IMG/VR virus record: IMGVR_UViG_3300025676_000003 | Coordinates: 1 to 36,106 of that record | Strand: one strand, 5' to 3' | DNA: 36,106 nucleotides | Source: a virus | Lineage: Duplodnaviria > Caudoviricetes | Part shown: positions 20,001-26,068 of the stretch, piece by piece | Layout of the letters: each line of letters opens with the position of its first letter | Numbering within the stretch: the stretch's first letter is position 1 | The notes under the pieces: generated by a model | What the model was told of the DNA's origin: nothing | Databases searched by the model: none | The model's input: only the letters and a program-made list of their open reading frames with translations | Translations under genes and position numbers: made by a program

Positions 20001-20302
20001 GGTTTTGATGCTGGATATTCATTGCCTGCTGAATCTATTGCTGTAACACCATAAGTAACAAGTCCATCTGATGCTTCTGTAAACTCTTCTTCTGCATTTG
20101 CATTTCCAGCAATTGCTCCTCCTGTCCAAGCATAGCTAACGGGTGTGAAGTTAGTTGCTACTGCTGTAAGTGTAATGTTACTACCTGTTGTACCTATTGA
20201 TGGTCCTGTAATAGATAAAACTGCGTTTTCTACCGTGCTTCCATCATCTCCTGTTGATGTTATGTAATAAGGACTTCTACTGTTTACTTTAACTGTTGCC
20301 AT
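17096..20302 (-). CDS. 1068-aa Cys-rich tail adhesin/fibre (Ig/Calx-beta-like domains plus internal repeats)
   Basis: Thr/Gly/Ser-rich; SVTEGQTFTV..VPFAITG..DF..GETFILTLDN is Calx-beta-like; repeated AC..T...VYY and QC...CxxC units. Confidence 0.65.
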   Translation of the reverse strand: MATVKVNSRSPYYITSTGDDGSTVENAVLSITGPSIGTTGSNITLTAVATNFTPVSYAWTGGAIAGNANAEEEFTEASDGLVTYGVTAIDSAGNEYPASKPVTWSANPQYEATLTVTNSISGDAQGYTIGGNLNNAKQTGETGDSYSFTTTLSLNTGYTADVALAISPAQPVTGTFASADVSETTTLTGTVSRNSDYRLSVDKASVTEGQTFTVKLIDANSTTSNGTSVPFAITGTVSGSDFQRGTLTGSFVFGSGGNDNEATQTFEVLSDNTSESTSGETFILTLDNFAVSVTVTIFDQAETADPQSVLISSSNFDNVNGACAATAAETVYYGLFSGETFGNGTTLYQSDALQTPYSGGGKYFKISTNHNGRIGLNNDGEISNYVECVAEGTTEPVEESNTVPNNAVVSSNYVTVAGNNGANACALTADVDVYYNDSITAGASLFTLKAADNSLSNPFGGTDNWYKLILFDDNSDPQEHYAKVLSYPPGYVSQVLVCQTDDVPDTTITLAAKVTINMATADGNNQGIAYVDQQVTLTALTQNITAPTYQWYKSATNNDITSIPGNAISGETQQTLIINGTGTQTQTTTGTFYYNCLVSATTDADTNKAIQWDNRPSYGTTFITSADTTNPNYDACTGSSVTLYTNRDGETAYCVASKFYSNAAGLSSPALTTGWYAFDDGTNQNIRYIDASGNPQGCVTGGCTETPDPTPSQPTAGYATIQKCPNQTNAGTVFDVAFDGFTRDAGQIVQLTDFAGTGNSSGCYEITQVYVTLAEWDYTLSSDEFVRLQPYGSCEQCVGDIQVVVETGQDENRYYGGYRQCNNDGAPIIYYSSASPLPNVFRTSSNTETCRSKVNDDYQPEANNEDRTFESYGAALAEFNDCTTCLEGDTITPDPIAYFRQYNNCDGNGGFVVIGSTTDLDATGHWAAVVEYSNVCYSDGGNTATTSNINITDLVTYSDCTACGYVPPTPDEPDVITTNIIKISSTAFATITDACNNITQTSYPTTLYYTGTLGDSTQLYSDSALTRVYAPASSNFYLSEGSYYFKIGTGTGVARGEIYNFGQCGNIL

Positions 20303-20771
20303 TTATATTTATTTGTGATTCTAAATCTTTTAAGTAACCTTTTTTTACTTCTTCTGTTATTTGATCTGCATAACTCTTGTCTATAAATTTTAATATATCA
20401 GCTCCTTTGTACCCAAATCTCTCTATAGTACCTTTTTCCAATATAGCTTCTTGGATAGATTTAATCATTCTTAATTTACTTGTTTTTTTGTTATAAGGAT
20501 TTAATCCTTTTCGATAAACCCATTCTGCTATTTTACTATATGGAGGTTTATTTCCAGGTTTAGTTCCTTTGTCAACTGATTCAAAGTATTCAGCAGCATA
20601 GATGTTTAGTGAGATACTTTTACTACTTGCAAATACAGTCCCTTTAACACTATTTCTTAATCTTCCTGTCGCATTTAACTTCTTTGAATCAATCTGATTC
20701 TTTATTTCAGTAGTTAATTGTTTACGTATTCTGTTTAATGCTTCTGCTGTAAAAGTATAGACCATTAGCAA
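20289..20771 (-). CDS. Tail completion protein (HK97 gp10-like)
   Basis: ATGRLRNSV...YFESVDKGTKPG.KPP...I.EWV..KG motif. Confidence 0.65.
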   Translation of the reverse strand: MLMVYTFTAEALNRIRKQLTTEIKNQIDSKKLNATGRLRNSVKGTVFASSKSISLNIYAAEYFESVDKGTKPGNKPPYSKIAEWVYRKGLNPYNKKTSKLRMIKSIQEAILEKGTIERFGYKGADILKFIDKSYADQITEEVKKGYLKDLESQININGNS

Positions 20772-21226
20772 AGAGATAATTCATTAGTTGGTACTTGTAT
20801 ATCTACAGTCATTCCCCATCCAGCTAATTGATTCTCATATTTATCCAGCATTGGTTCTGCTGTTACATTTGTTATTACTTGAAAGTTGTCAGAGAAAGCA
20901 TCTCCTCTTCTTAAGTTTTGTTGTAAGTCGTTTACTACTTGCAATTGTGTATTTAATACATCTTGCAGGTTGTCATTTCCAAACATCATATCTTCTGTTT
21001 GTTTATCTTTTGTGTAATCTACTATATCTAAACATAACACTTGAAGTGTAGCTGTCATTATTCTATCTGTAAATGTAACATTACCAAATATAATATGAGC
21101 TAAAGGATATATGGTAGTCTTATTTAGATCTACTTCTAATATATCACCAAAAGTTACAGTCTTGGTTGTATCATTAGCTCTTAATATTTCTTTTAATTTA
21201 TCTAATACTGTATATACTTGTCTCAT
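20765..21226 (-). CDS. Tail terminator-like protein
   Basis: TVTFGDILEVDLNK.TIYPLAHI...DN.QDVLNTQL.V.N.L...ENQLAGW; position in the tail operon. Confidence 0.6.
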   Translation of the reverse strand: MRQVYTVLDKLKEILRANDTTKTVTFGDILEVDLNKTTIYPLAHIIFGNVTFTDRIMTATLQVLCLDIVDYTKDKQTEDMMFGNDNLQDVLNTQLQVVNDLQQNLRRGDAFSDNFQVITNVTAEPMLDKYENQLAGWGMTVDIQVPTNELSLC

Positions 21227-21484
21227 CTTGTATTTTGTTTTAACATTCTTCTTTCTAATTCATTCTTTTCCTTTTCAAACTCTAACCAGGTTAAGCATTG
21301 AAATAAGGAAAGTTTTGTAACGTCTTTAAATTTTGTTGGGTCCCCTCCAGCAAGTCCATAAATCGATTGATACCAACCCCATTTTGCTCCAAAGTTTGCT
21401 GTAGATCCGAGTCCACCTTCAGACGCTTCCCCAAAGAGTCCATCATATGCTGCGACAACTCTTTGCCTAAACGGTAAAAAAAAA
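21223..21484 (-). CDS. -1 frameshift extension of the tail chaperone (GT-like; 177+84 = ~261 aa)
   Basis: T TTT TTT slippery heptamer within T9 at 21476-21484. The -1 frame LPFRQRVVAAYDGLFG..FGAKWGWYQSIYGLAGGD..LFQCLTWLEFEKEK..NTR* ends in a TGA that overlaps the next gene's ATG. Confidence 0.8.
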
Positions 21485-22007
21485 CCGTTGCTCCAAGTGC
21501 TACATTAACAGGAGCATCTAACATTACATCTGAATACTTATCAGTTCCTTCATAGTCTTCTATTAGATATAAATCCTTTTTCTCAAATACTACTGGTCTG
21601 TATAATACAGCTAATGCTTTATGCATCTGTTGCCAATCTGATATATACTTATCTAAATCAATAAACTCTCCAAGAGATATATCGTCAAGCTTAGGCATAA
21701 AACCAAACTTTATTGTTTCTCCTTTAGGATCTGTCATTTCAAATGTTCTTTGAAGTGGAGTCTCTTCTTTAAACATCTCTGATATATTTCCTATAATCCC
21801 ACTGAATTTAGTTAGAGGTAAATTATAAGCCTGTTTCATTGTTATACCACAAAAACATTCTAGTAATTTTAAATTAGCAAAGTCTATTTGTTCTTTGTTA
21901 GGCTCTGTACCTTCTTCATACTTTACAGTCTTGATGTACTTTTGATACTGCTTTAAAGATATTCCCGATAACTCTTTTGGGATGCTTATGGTGAATGTTT
22001 TACTCAT
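21291..22007 (-). CDS. Tail assembly chaperone (G-like, 238 aa, 0 frame)
   Basis: FGFMPKLDDISLGEFIDLD.Y..MHKALAVLYRP...ATVFF; contains a T9 slippery site. Confidence 0.7.
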   Translation of the reverse strand: MSKTFTISIPKELSGISLKQYQKYIKTVKYEEGTEPNKEQIDFANLKLLECFCGITMKQAYNLPLTKFSGIIGNISEMFKEETPLQRTFEMTDPKGETIKFGFMPKLDDISLGEFIDLDKYISDWQQMHKALAVLYRPVVFEKKDLYLIEDYEGTDKYSDVMLDAPVNVALGATVFFYRLGKELSQHMMDSLGKRLKVDSDLQQTLEQNGVGINRFMDLLEGTQQNLKTLQNFPYFNA

Positions 22008-22010
22008 ATC

Positions 22011-22037
22011 TATATAACTATCAATTAGTTTATTGTA
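22011..22037 (-). promoter_or_regulatory. Candidate late promoter TAC-N16-GTTATATA heading the tail operon, 3 nt before ATG
   Basis: Minus strand reads TTACAATAAACTAATTGATAGTTATATAGATATG. Confidence 0.6.
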
Positions 22038-22049
22038 ATATAATACATT

Positions 22050-22697
22050 TTATATTGAATCTATTCTTGCTTTAATAATATCACAATATTTTTTATCTAT
22101 CTCGTAAGATATAGAATCATATCCTAAATCTTTAGCAACATAAGCAGTTGTGCCTGAGCCTGCAAAAACATCAATTATTAATTCACCTCTTTTAGCTGTT
22201 GTTCTAATTATTTTATTTATTATCTCTTCAGGTATTTGACAAGGATGTTCAGTTTTTTCCTTACTTACATTTTTTACTTGATTTACATTCCACCAGTCAT
22301 ATAGTTTAGCACCAGTTTTACCTTCAGAGATTCTTTTTTGTATTCTTTTATCGTTTAAGTTTTTATATGGCTGCCTTACTTTACTGAAATCAGGCTTACA
22401 TCCCCACCAACTAATCAATCTGCTTTGTTTTCCTGTATTACTATTATATACCCAACAAACTATTTGCTCACACCTTTCCTTTATAGCTTTAGGTAGTAAA
22501 TTAATAGTTTCTTCAGGATAATGAATAATTACACAGGGAGTTGGTATTTTAGATAAAAGCTCTATATAATCTTTTTCAGACATTCTATCCTTATACTTGT
22601 TATAAGAATATCCTTGATTGTATGGTGGGTCAGTTATGGTTAATCCTTTAGGTATAATACAATCCCTAAAATCTCTGTTTATTATTTCTGTTTCCAT
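22050..22697 (-). CDS. Orphan beta-class N6-adenine/N4-cytosine DNA methyltransferase
   Basis: Catalytic TDPPY precedes HPCQIP and SAM-binding DVFAGSGTT. Likely start is METEII at 22697; the upstream TATATTTA looks like a -7 promoter element. Confidence 0.9.
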   Translation of the reverse strand: METEIINRDFRDCIIPKGLTITDPPYNQGYSYNKYKDRMSEKDYIELLSKIPTPCVIIHYPEETINLLPKAIKERCEQIVCWVYNSNTGKQSRLISWWGCKPDFSKVRQPYKNLNDKRIQKRISEGKTGAKLYDWWNVNQVKNVSKEKTEHPCQIPEEIINKIIRTTAKRGELIIDVFAGSGTTAYVAKDLGYDSISYEIDKKYCDIIKARIDSI

Positions 22698-22752
22698 TAT
22701 ATAAATATACAACAAAATTAAAAAACATAGTTAATACTGTATAGGTTATTTA

Positions 22753-22881
22753 TTCAGCTATAAAGTTACATATCTGACTACATATATAGAGATTCACCAG
22801 AATTATATCTAGTTCATAAATAGCTATTTTCATATTTGTTTAGATTAAGCCCACGTAAACATCCTTACTGGGCTTTCTTTT
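22753..22881 (+). ncRNA. Candidate ~125-nt plus-strand small RNA (alternatively a 27-aa minus-strand ORF, 22750-22833)
   Basis: Late-type promoter AAC-N18-GTTATTTA at 22724-22752 on +, and terminator AAGCCCA..TGGGCTT-TCTTTT at 22847-22881 on +. Confidence 0.45.
22847..22881 (+). terminator. Plus-strand intrinsic terminator
   Basis: AAGCCCA(C)GTAA-ACATCC-TTAC-TGGGCTT followed by TCTTTT. Confidence 0.65.
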
Positions 22882-23124
22882 GTAAAGTGCTTGAATTTAC
22901 TTAAGTGGACAACTCTACTCCCCTACCTTCCGTTTTACATTGATTTTTCTTAACTGATCTACTCAACAATAATTAATTGCTTTTTGCGTTTACTATCTGA
23001 ATTGACTAATTAAGTTTAATGTAAAGTATATTTTACTTTTGGTTAATGGTAGAAATTAAAAAGGTAGATTATGAAACAAAAAAAACTATCTATGATTAAC
23101 AGATAGTTGTAAAATAATTGAAAT

Positions 23125-23153
23125 AAAAAAAACCTGCCGTTTAAAGCAGGTTT
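23125..23153 (-). terminator. Terminator closing the early island
   Basis: AAACCTGC-TTTAAACG-GCAGGTTT running into a T-tract. Confidence 0.8.
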
Positions 23154-23219
23154 CTCAAACTAATTAACATAATTATTAACCTATGAAAAAAGGTTTCTTA
23201 AATGCTATTTAAATGATGT

Positions 23220-23624
23220 TTAGAAGGGTAGTTTATAATAAGCCCAAACTTCATCTTTAATCTTTTTAATATCTTTCTTTGTTAACATTGTGTTAAGATC
23301 ATCAAAGCATTCTAAAGAATATATTAATTCATATCCCTTCCAATAAGCATAATTATTTACTAATGTTTCAGCATTGTTGAAAGTGGTTTGTATTTCTCCG
23401 AACTGTTCTTCTTCCTTTTCATTGCAATATGCTATTGCATCAAATGTAGGTAAGTCATTATCCTTAAGCCATTTTTTAGCCCTTGAATAATATATAATAA
23501 AATAATCAGTGTTAAATGTGTTGTGATGAAGTTGGTCTTTATGTACGTCTATTTGGTCGTCTAATTGATCGAGTAAATGATTTATAATGCTTATTTCAAC
23601 TTCTGGTAATGTTTTTGTTTCCAT
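23220..23624 (-). CDS. Acidic early protein, possibly an Ocr-like anti-restriction/DNA mimic
   Basis: 134 aa and net negative; DQLHH..FNTDYFIIYY loosely recalls T7 Ocr DDLHDAIH..D..VPHYY. ORF is solid, function is speculative. Confidence 0.45.
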   Translation of the reverse strand: METKTLPEVEISIINHLLDQLDDQIDVHKDQLHHNTFNTDYFIIYYSRAKKWLKDNDLPTFDAIAYCNEKEEEQFGEIQTTFNNAETLVNNYAYWKGYELIYSLECFDDLNTMLTKKDIKKIKDEVWAYYKLPF

Positions 23625-23639
23625 TTTTTTTGTTTTTAA

Positions 23640-23738
23640 TTAAGGTAAATAATAAGTTAATGTTCCTAAGATAATTAAAGCTATAAAGATTAATAGATAA
23701 GTTAATATAGCCCATTTAATAAAGTTTAATGTTCTCAT
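23640..23738 (-). CDS. 32-aa single-TM micro-protein (MRTLNFIKWAILTYLLIFIALIILGTLTYYLP)
   Basis: Hand translation; fills the gap between two early ORFs. Confidence 0.55.
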   Translation of the reverse strand: MRTLNFIKWAILTYLLIFIALIILGTLTYYLP

Positions 23739-23742
23739 AGTG

Positions 23743-24036
23743 TTATGAATAAGTAGGGTTAATTTGATTCATTAGTTTATCAAGTTTTTTAATTCCTGAT
23801 ATTATTAACTTTAATTTGTCTATTTTATAAGCTAAATCCACTTGAGCTTCAAAAAGATCTTTATTGTTAGCGTTATATATATCAAAGCTAAAATATCCGT
23901 TAGAGTCATAATATATCATATCTTCAAAATTAGATATAATTAATTCGCTATCTAAGTTATTATATTCATAGTATAATGATCTATATTCTTCAATTAAAGA
24001 GTCAATCATTGTTAGTGTTTTTGTTTTATTTGTCAT
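23743..24036 (-). CDS. Hypothetical early protein (97 aa)
   Basis: ORF with AAATAATACAATG start downstream of a host-type promoter. Confidence 0.65.
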   Translation of the reverse strand: MTNKTKTLTMIDSLIEEYRSLYYEYNNLDSELIISNFEDMIYYDSNGYFSFDIYNANNKDLFEAQVDLAYKIDKLKLIISGIKKLDKLMNQINPTYS

Positions 24037-24069
24037 TGTATTATTTTTAATTAGTTATTTAATCTGAAG

Positions 24070-24104
24070 CTAAGATAATCAAAAAAAACGATATAATTAA
24101 CAAA
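24070..24104 (-). promoter_or_regulatory. Bacteroidota-type early promoter (TTTG..TATCTTAG variant); a second -7 element TATTTTTG at 24172-24179
   Basis: Resembles the -33 TTTG / -7 TAnnTTTG consensus; spacing is slightly long. Confidence 0.4.
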
Positions 24105-24205
24105 TTATGTCAATAAATATTAAAATATTTTTTATCATTGTATTGGATAATACTATAAAATTGATGCTATACAAAAATAAATTGACAAAGACAAATATTA
24201 TGCTA

Positions 24206-24224
24206 ATTTATAACCGTTCTAAAT
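24206..24224. promoter_or_regulatory. 19-bp imperfect palindrome ATTTATAAC-C-GTTCTAAAT (flavobacterial Fur-box-like operator)
   Basis: 9-1-9 inverted repeat with 8/9 arm match, upstream of early promoters. Confidence 0.4.
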
Positions 24225-24242
24225 AGTGAAAAAAAAAGAGCC

Positions 24243-24347
24243 AACCCTTTTGAATTTAAGGTTAACCCTTTTGAATTTAATGATTGGCAAACCTACTATG
24301 TTTAACGATAAACCTACTATGTTTAACGATAAACCTACTATGTTTAA
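24243..24347 (+). repeat. Repeat array I: 2x AACCCTTTTGAATTTAA (24243, 24264) and 3x AACCTACTATGTTTAA (24290, 24311, 24332), 21-bp period
   Basis: Exact direct repeats read from the sequence. Confidence 0.95.
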
Positions 24348-24350
24348 TGA

Positions 24351-24515
24351 TTACTTTATACTAAGTATCTTATTTACTATTAAGGTAGCCAGGTAAATAT
24401 AAATATAATACCCAAATGAATTACCTAAGTGTATTAAATCTATTATTCCTAATGTTAAGCAAACCAATGCTATCATTATATTTATTATACTAAATATATT
24501 ATTTATTTGTTTCAT
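24351..24515 (-). CDS. 54-aa two-TM membrane micro-protein
   Basis: MKQINNIFSIINIMIALVCLTLGIIDLIHLGNSFGYYIYIYLATLIVNKILSIK; ends just before array I. Confidence 0.55.
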   Translation of the reverse strand: MKQINNIFSIINIMIALVCLTLGIIDLIHLGNSFGYYIYIYLATLIVNKILSIK

Positions 24516-24526
24516 ATCTATTATGT

Positions 24527-24652
24527 TTAAGAAAGTTCTTTGATTATGTTATTTAAATATTCTATTCTTTTTTGTAGTCGTTCAATTCTCAATTCATAAA
24601 CTTCCAGGAGTTGTGATTGAGTTTCTTTACTCATATTAAATTTTGTGTCCAT
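24527..24652 (-). CDS. 41-aa coiled-coil micro-protein
   Basis: MDTKFNMSKETQSQLLEVYELRIERLQKRIEYLNNIIKELS; AAAACTATG start. Confidence 0.6.
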   Translation of the reverse strand: MDTKFNMSKETQSQLLEVYELRIERLQKRIEYLNNIIKELS

Positions 24653-24656
24653 AGTT

Positions 24657-24800
24657 TTAGTTTTTAAATTTTACTTTCTTTAATGCTATATCTGAATATC
24701 TACCATAAATATCATTATCCTCACAATTAGGACAATGAAAATAATCCCTACTCTTTACCCAATAATAACAACCACAATTATAACATTCAAATTTCTCCAT
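24657..24800 (-). CDS. 47-aa zinc-ribbon micro-protein
   Basis: MEKFECYNCGCYYWVKSRDYFHCPNCED...: two CxxC motifs; AAAACTATG start. Confidence 0.7.
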   Translation of the reverse strand: MEKFECYNCGCYYWVKSRDYFHCPNCEDNDIYGRYSDIALKKVKFKN

Positions 24801-24804
24801 AGTT

Positions 24805-24939
24805 TTATTTGTTTTTAGTTAGTTCGTGATAACTTTTCTCTGTTATCCTTTTCATAAATTTCTGTTGATCTGATATAAAATACTTATCATCTTGCTCAAT
24901 AGTATATAGCATCTTTGTTATTAGTGTAGTTATTTTCAT
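24805..24939 (-). CDS. 44-aa hypothetical micro-protein
   Basis: MKITTLITKMLYTIEQDDKYFISDQQKFMKRITEKSYHELTKNK; 4-nt gaps on both sides. Confidence 0.55.
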   Translation of the reverse strand: MKITTLITKMLYTIEQDDKYFISDQQKFMKRITEKSYHELTKNK

Positions 24940-24943
24940 ATTA

Positions 24944-25171
24944 TTATTTTTTTTGTTTTACTCCTAAAAAATCTGCCCAACCTTTAAAGTCATCTTTATA
25001 TGCTCTATGTGGTTTCAAAGGTATAAAACCTTCTTTTGTTTCTTTTACTTCTATCTCGTCTCCTTCTTTCCAAGAGTCGATAATAGGTTTCTCAAGTGTA
25101 TAGTCTATATAGAAATAAACATCATCTATTTTTATATAAGCAGATCTTTTATTTATTTGTTTTATATTCAT
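24944..25171 (-). CDS. 75-aa protein ending in one 'integrase repeat unit'-like motif
   Basis: IPLKPHRAYKDDFKGWADFLG fits the P..P...Y..W.GW.DFLG repeat (PF14882-like). Confidence 0.65.
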   Translation of the reverse strand: MNIKQINKRSAYIKIDDVYFYIDYTLEKPIIDSWKEGDEIEVKETKEGFIPLKPHRAYKDDFKGWADFLGVKQKK

Positions 25172-25173
25172 AA

Positions 25174-25296
25174 TTACCAGATTTGTCTTTCTAATTTTAT
25201 TATTAGTTTAAATAATTCTCCTTTTTTTATCTCATCTTTTTCAAGAGCAAATTTAGTTCTCAAGTTTACTAGTTTCATATATTGTATGTGTCTCAT
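25174..25296 (-). CDS. 40-aa hypothetical micro-protein
   Basis: MRHIQYMKLVNLRTKFALEKDEIKKGELFKLIIKLERQIW; 2-nt gap to the next ATG. Confidence 0.55.
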   Translation of the reverse strand: MRHIQYMKLVNLRTKFALEKDEIKKGELFKLIIKLERQIW

Positions 25297-25355
25297 AATG
25301 TTATTGTTTTTTGTTTATTAGGTTAGGTAGTCCGTTAAATGTTTGTTATTCATAA

Positions 25356-25538
25356 TTAATAATTGTTTAATATAAATTCATTTAATTTTTTTTCTGTTAA
25401 AGTTTTTAAAGTTATATTATTACTTTGTAGATCTTCTTTAACTATACCTGGAAATATGTCATATTTTAAACAGATATAGGTAAATGTTGAATTATTTACA
25501 AGTTCTTTTGTTTCTCCTATTGTATTTATGTTTTTCAT
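25356..25538 (-). CDS. 60-aa first early protein (start MKNINTIG)
   Basis: The ORF-track start at 25592 lies inside the promoter; ATG at 25538 follows it. Confidence 0.65.
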   Translation of the reverse strand: MKNINTIGETKELVNNSTFTYICLKYDIFPGIVKEDLQSNNITLKTLTEKKLNEFILNNY

Positions 25539-25560
25539 AATATTTATTTTAATGTTTATA

Positions 25561-25593
25561 CAAATATAAAGCATAATATTTTTAATAAACAAA
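25561..25593 (-). promoter_or_regulatory. Consensus Bacteroidota primary-sigma promoter TTTG-N21-TATATTTG
   Basis: Exact -33/-7 match heading the micro-ORF operon. Confidence 0.75.
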
Positions 25594-25745
25594 TAATTAA
25601 CAATAATTCTTTACAATAATATTTTTAATATCAAAGCGTAAAACAAAATAATATATAAAAGATCATTTAAATATTAGCACTATCAAAACAAACATTAAAT
25701 AATATGAATACAAATTTTATATGGTGGACCAGGTGGTTTTGTTCA

Positions 25746-26065
25746 AACCTATTGCGTTTAACGATTAGACAAAGTCGAAACCTATTGCGTTTAATGACTA
25801 AGTATCCAAATAGAATATATATTGAATCTATTGGACTTGGAGTACTTTTAAGTATATCAAGTTTCTTTTTCGTTTATATGTTCACCTGGATTATTATAGC
25901 AATTAAATTCTAACCCTTTTGAATTTAACAACAACCCTTTTGAATTTAACGATAAACCTACTGCGTTTAAGAACCTATTGCGTTTAAGAATAATAAAAGG
26001 AAGACCCACCTCACTACCGATCATAATCGACTTCGTATATTGATGAGTCAACCTATTATGTTTAA
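25746..26065 (+). repeat. Repeat array II: AACCTATTGCGTTTAA (25746, 25779, 25972), AACCCTTTTGAATTTAA (25912, 25933), AACCTACTGCGTTTAA (25955), AACCTATTATGTTTAA (26050)
   Basis: Direct repeats read from the sequence; same family and orientation as array I. Confidence 0.95.
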
Positions 26066-26068
26066 GAA

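Noticed and set aside
25318-25353. 11-aa ORF MNNKHLTDYLT
   Set aside because: Plausibly positioned but too short and featureless to support.
25704-26051. ORFs 25704-25913 (+) and 25857-26051 (-)
   Set aside because: They run through the repeat array and translate its repeats (NLLRL, LNSKGL); likely spurious.
24243-26065. Repeat arrays as a mini-CRISPR
   Set aside because: Units are 16-17 bp, mostly separated by only 1-17 bp, with no regular unique ~30-bp spacers and no cas genes.
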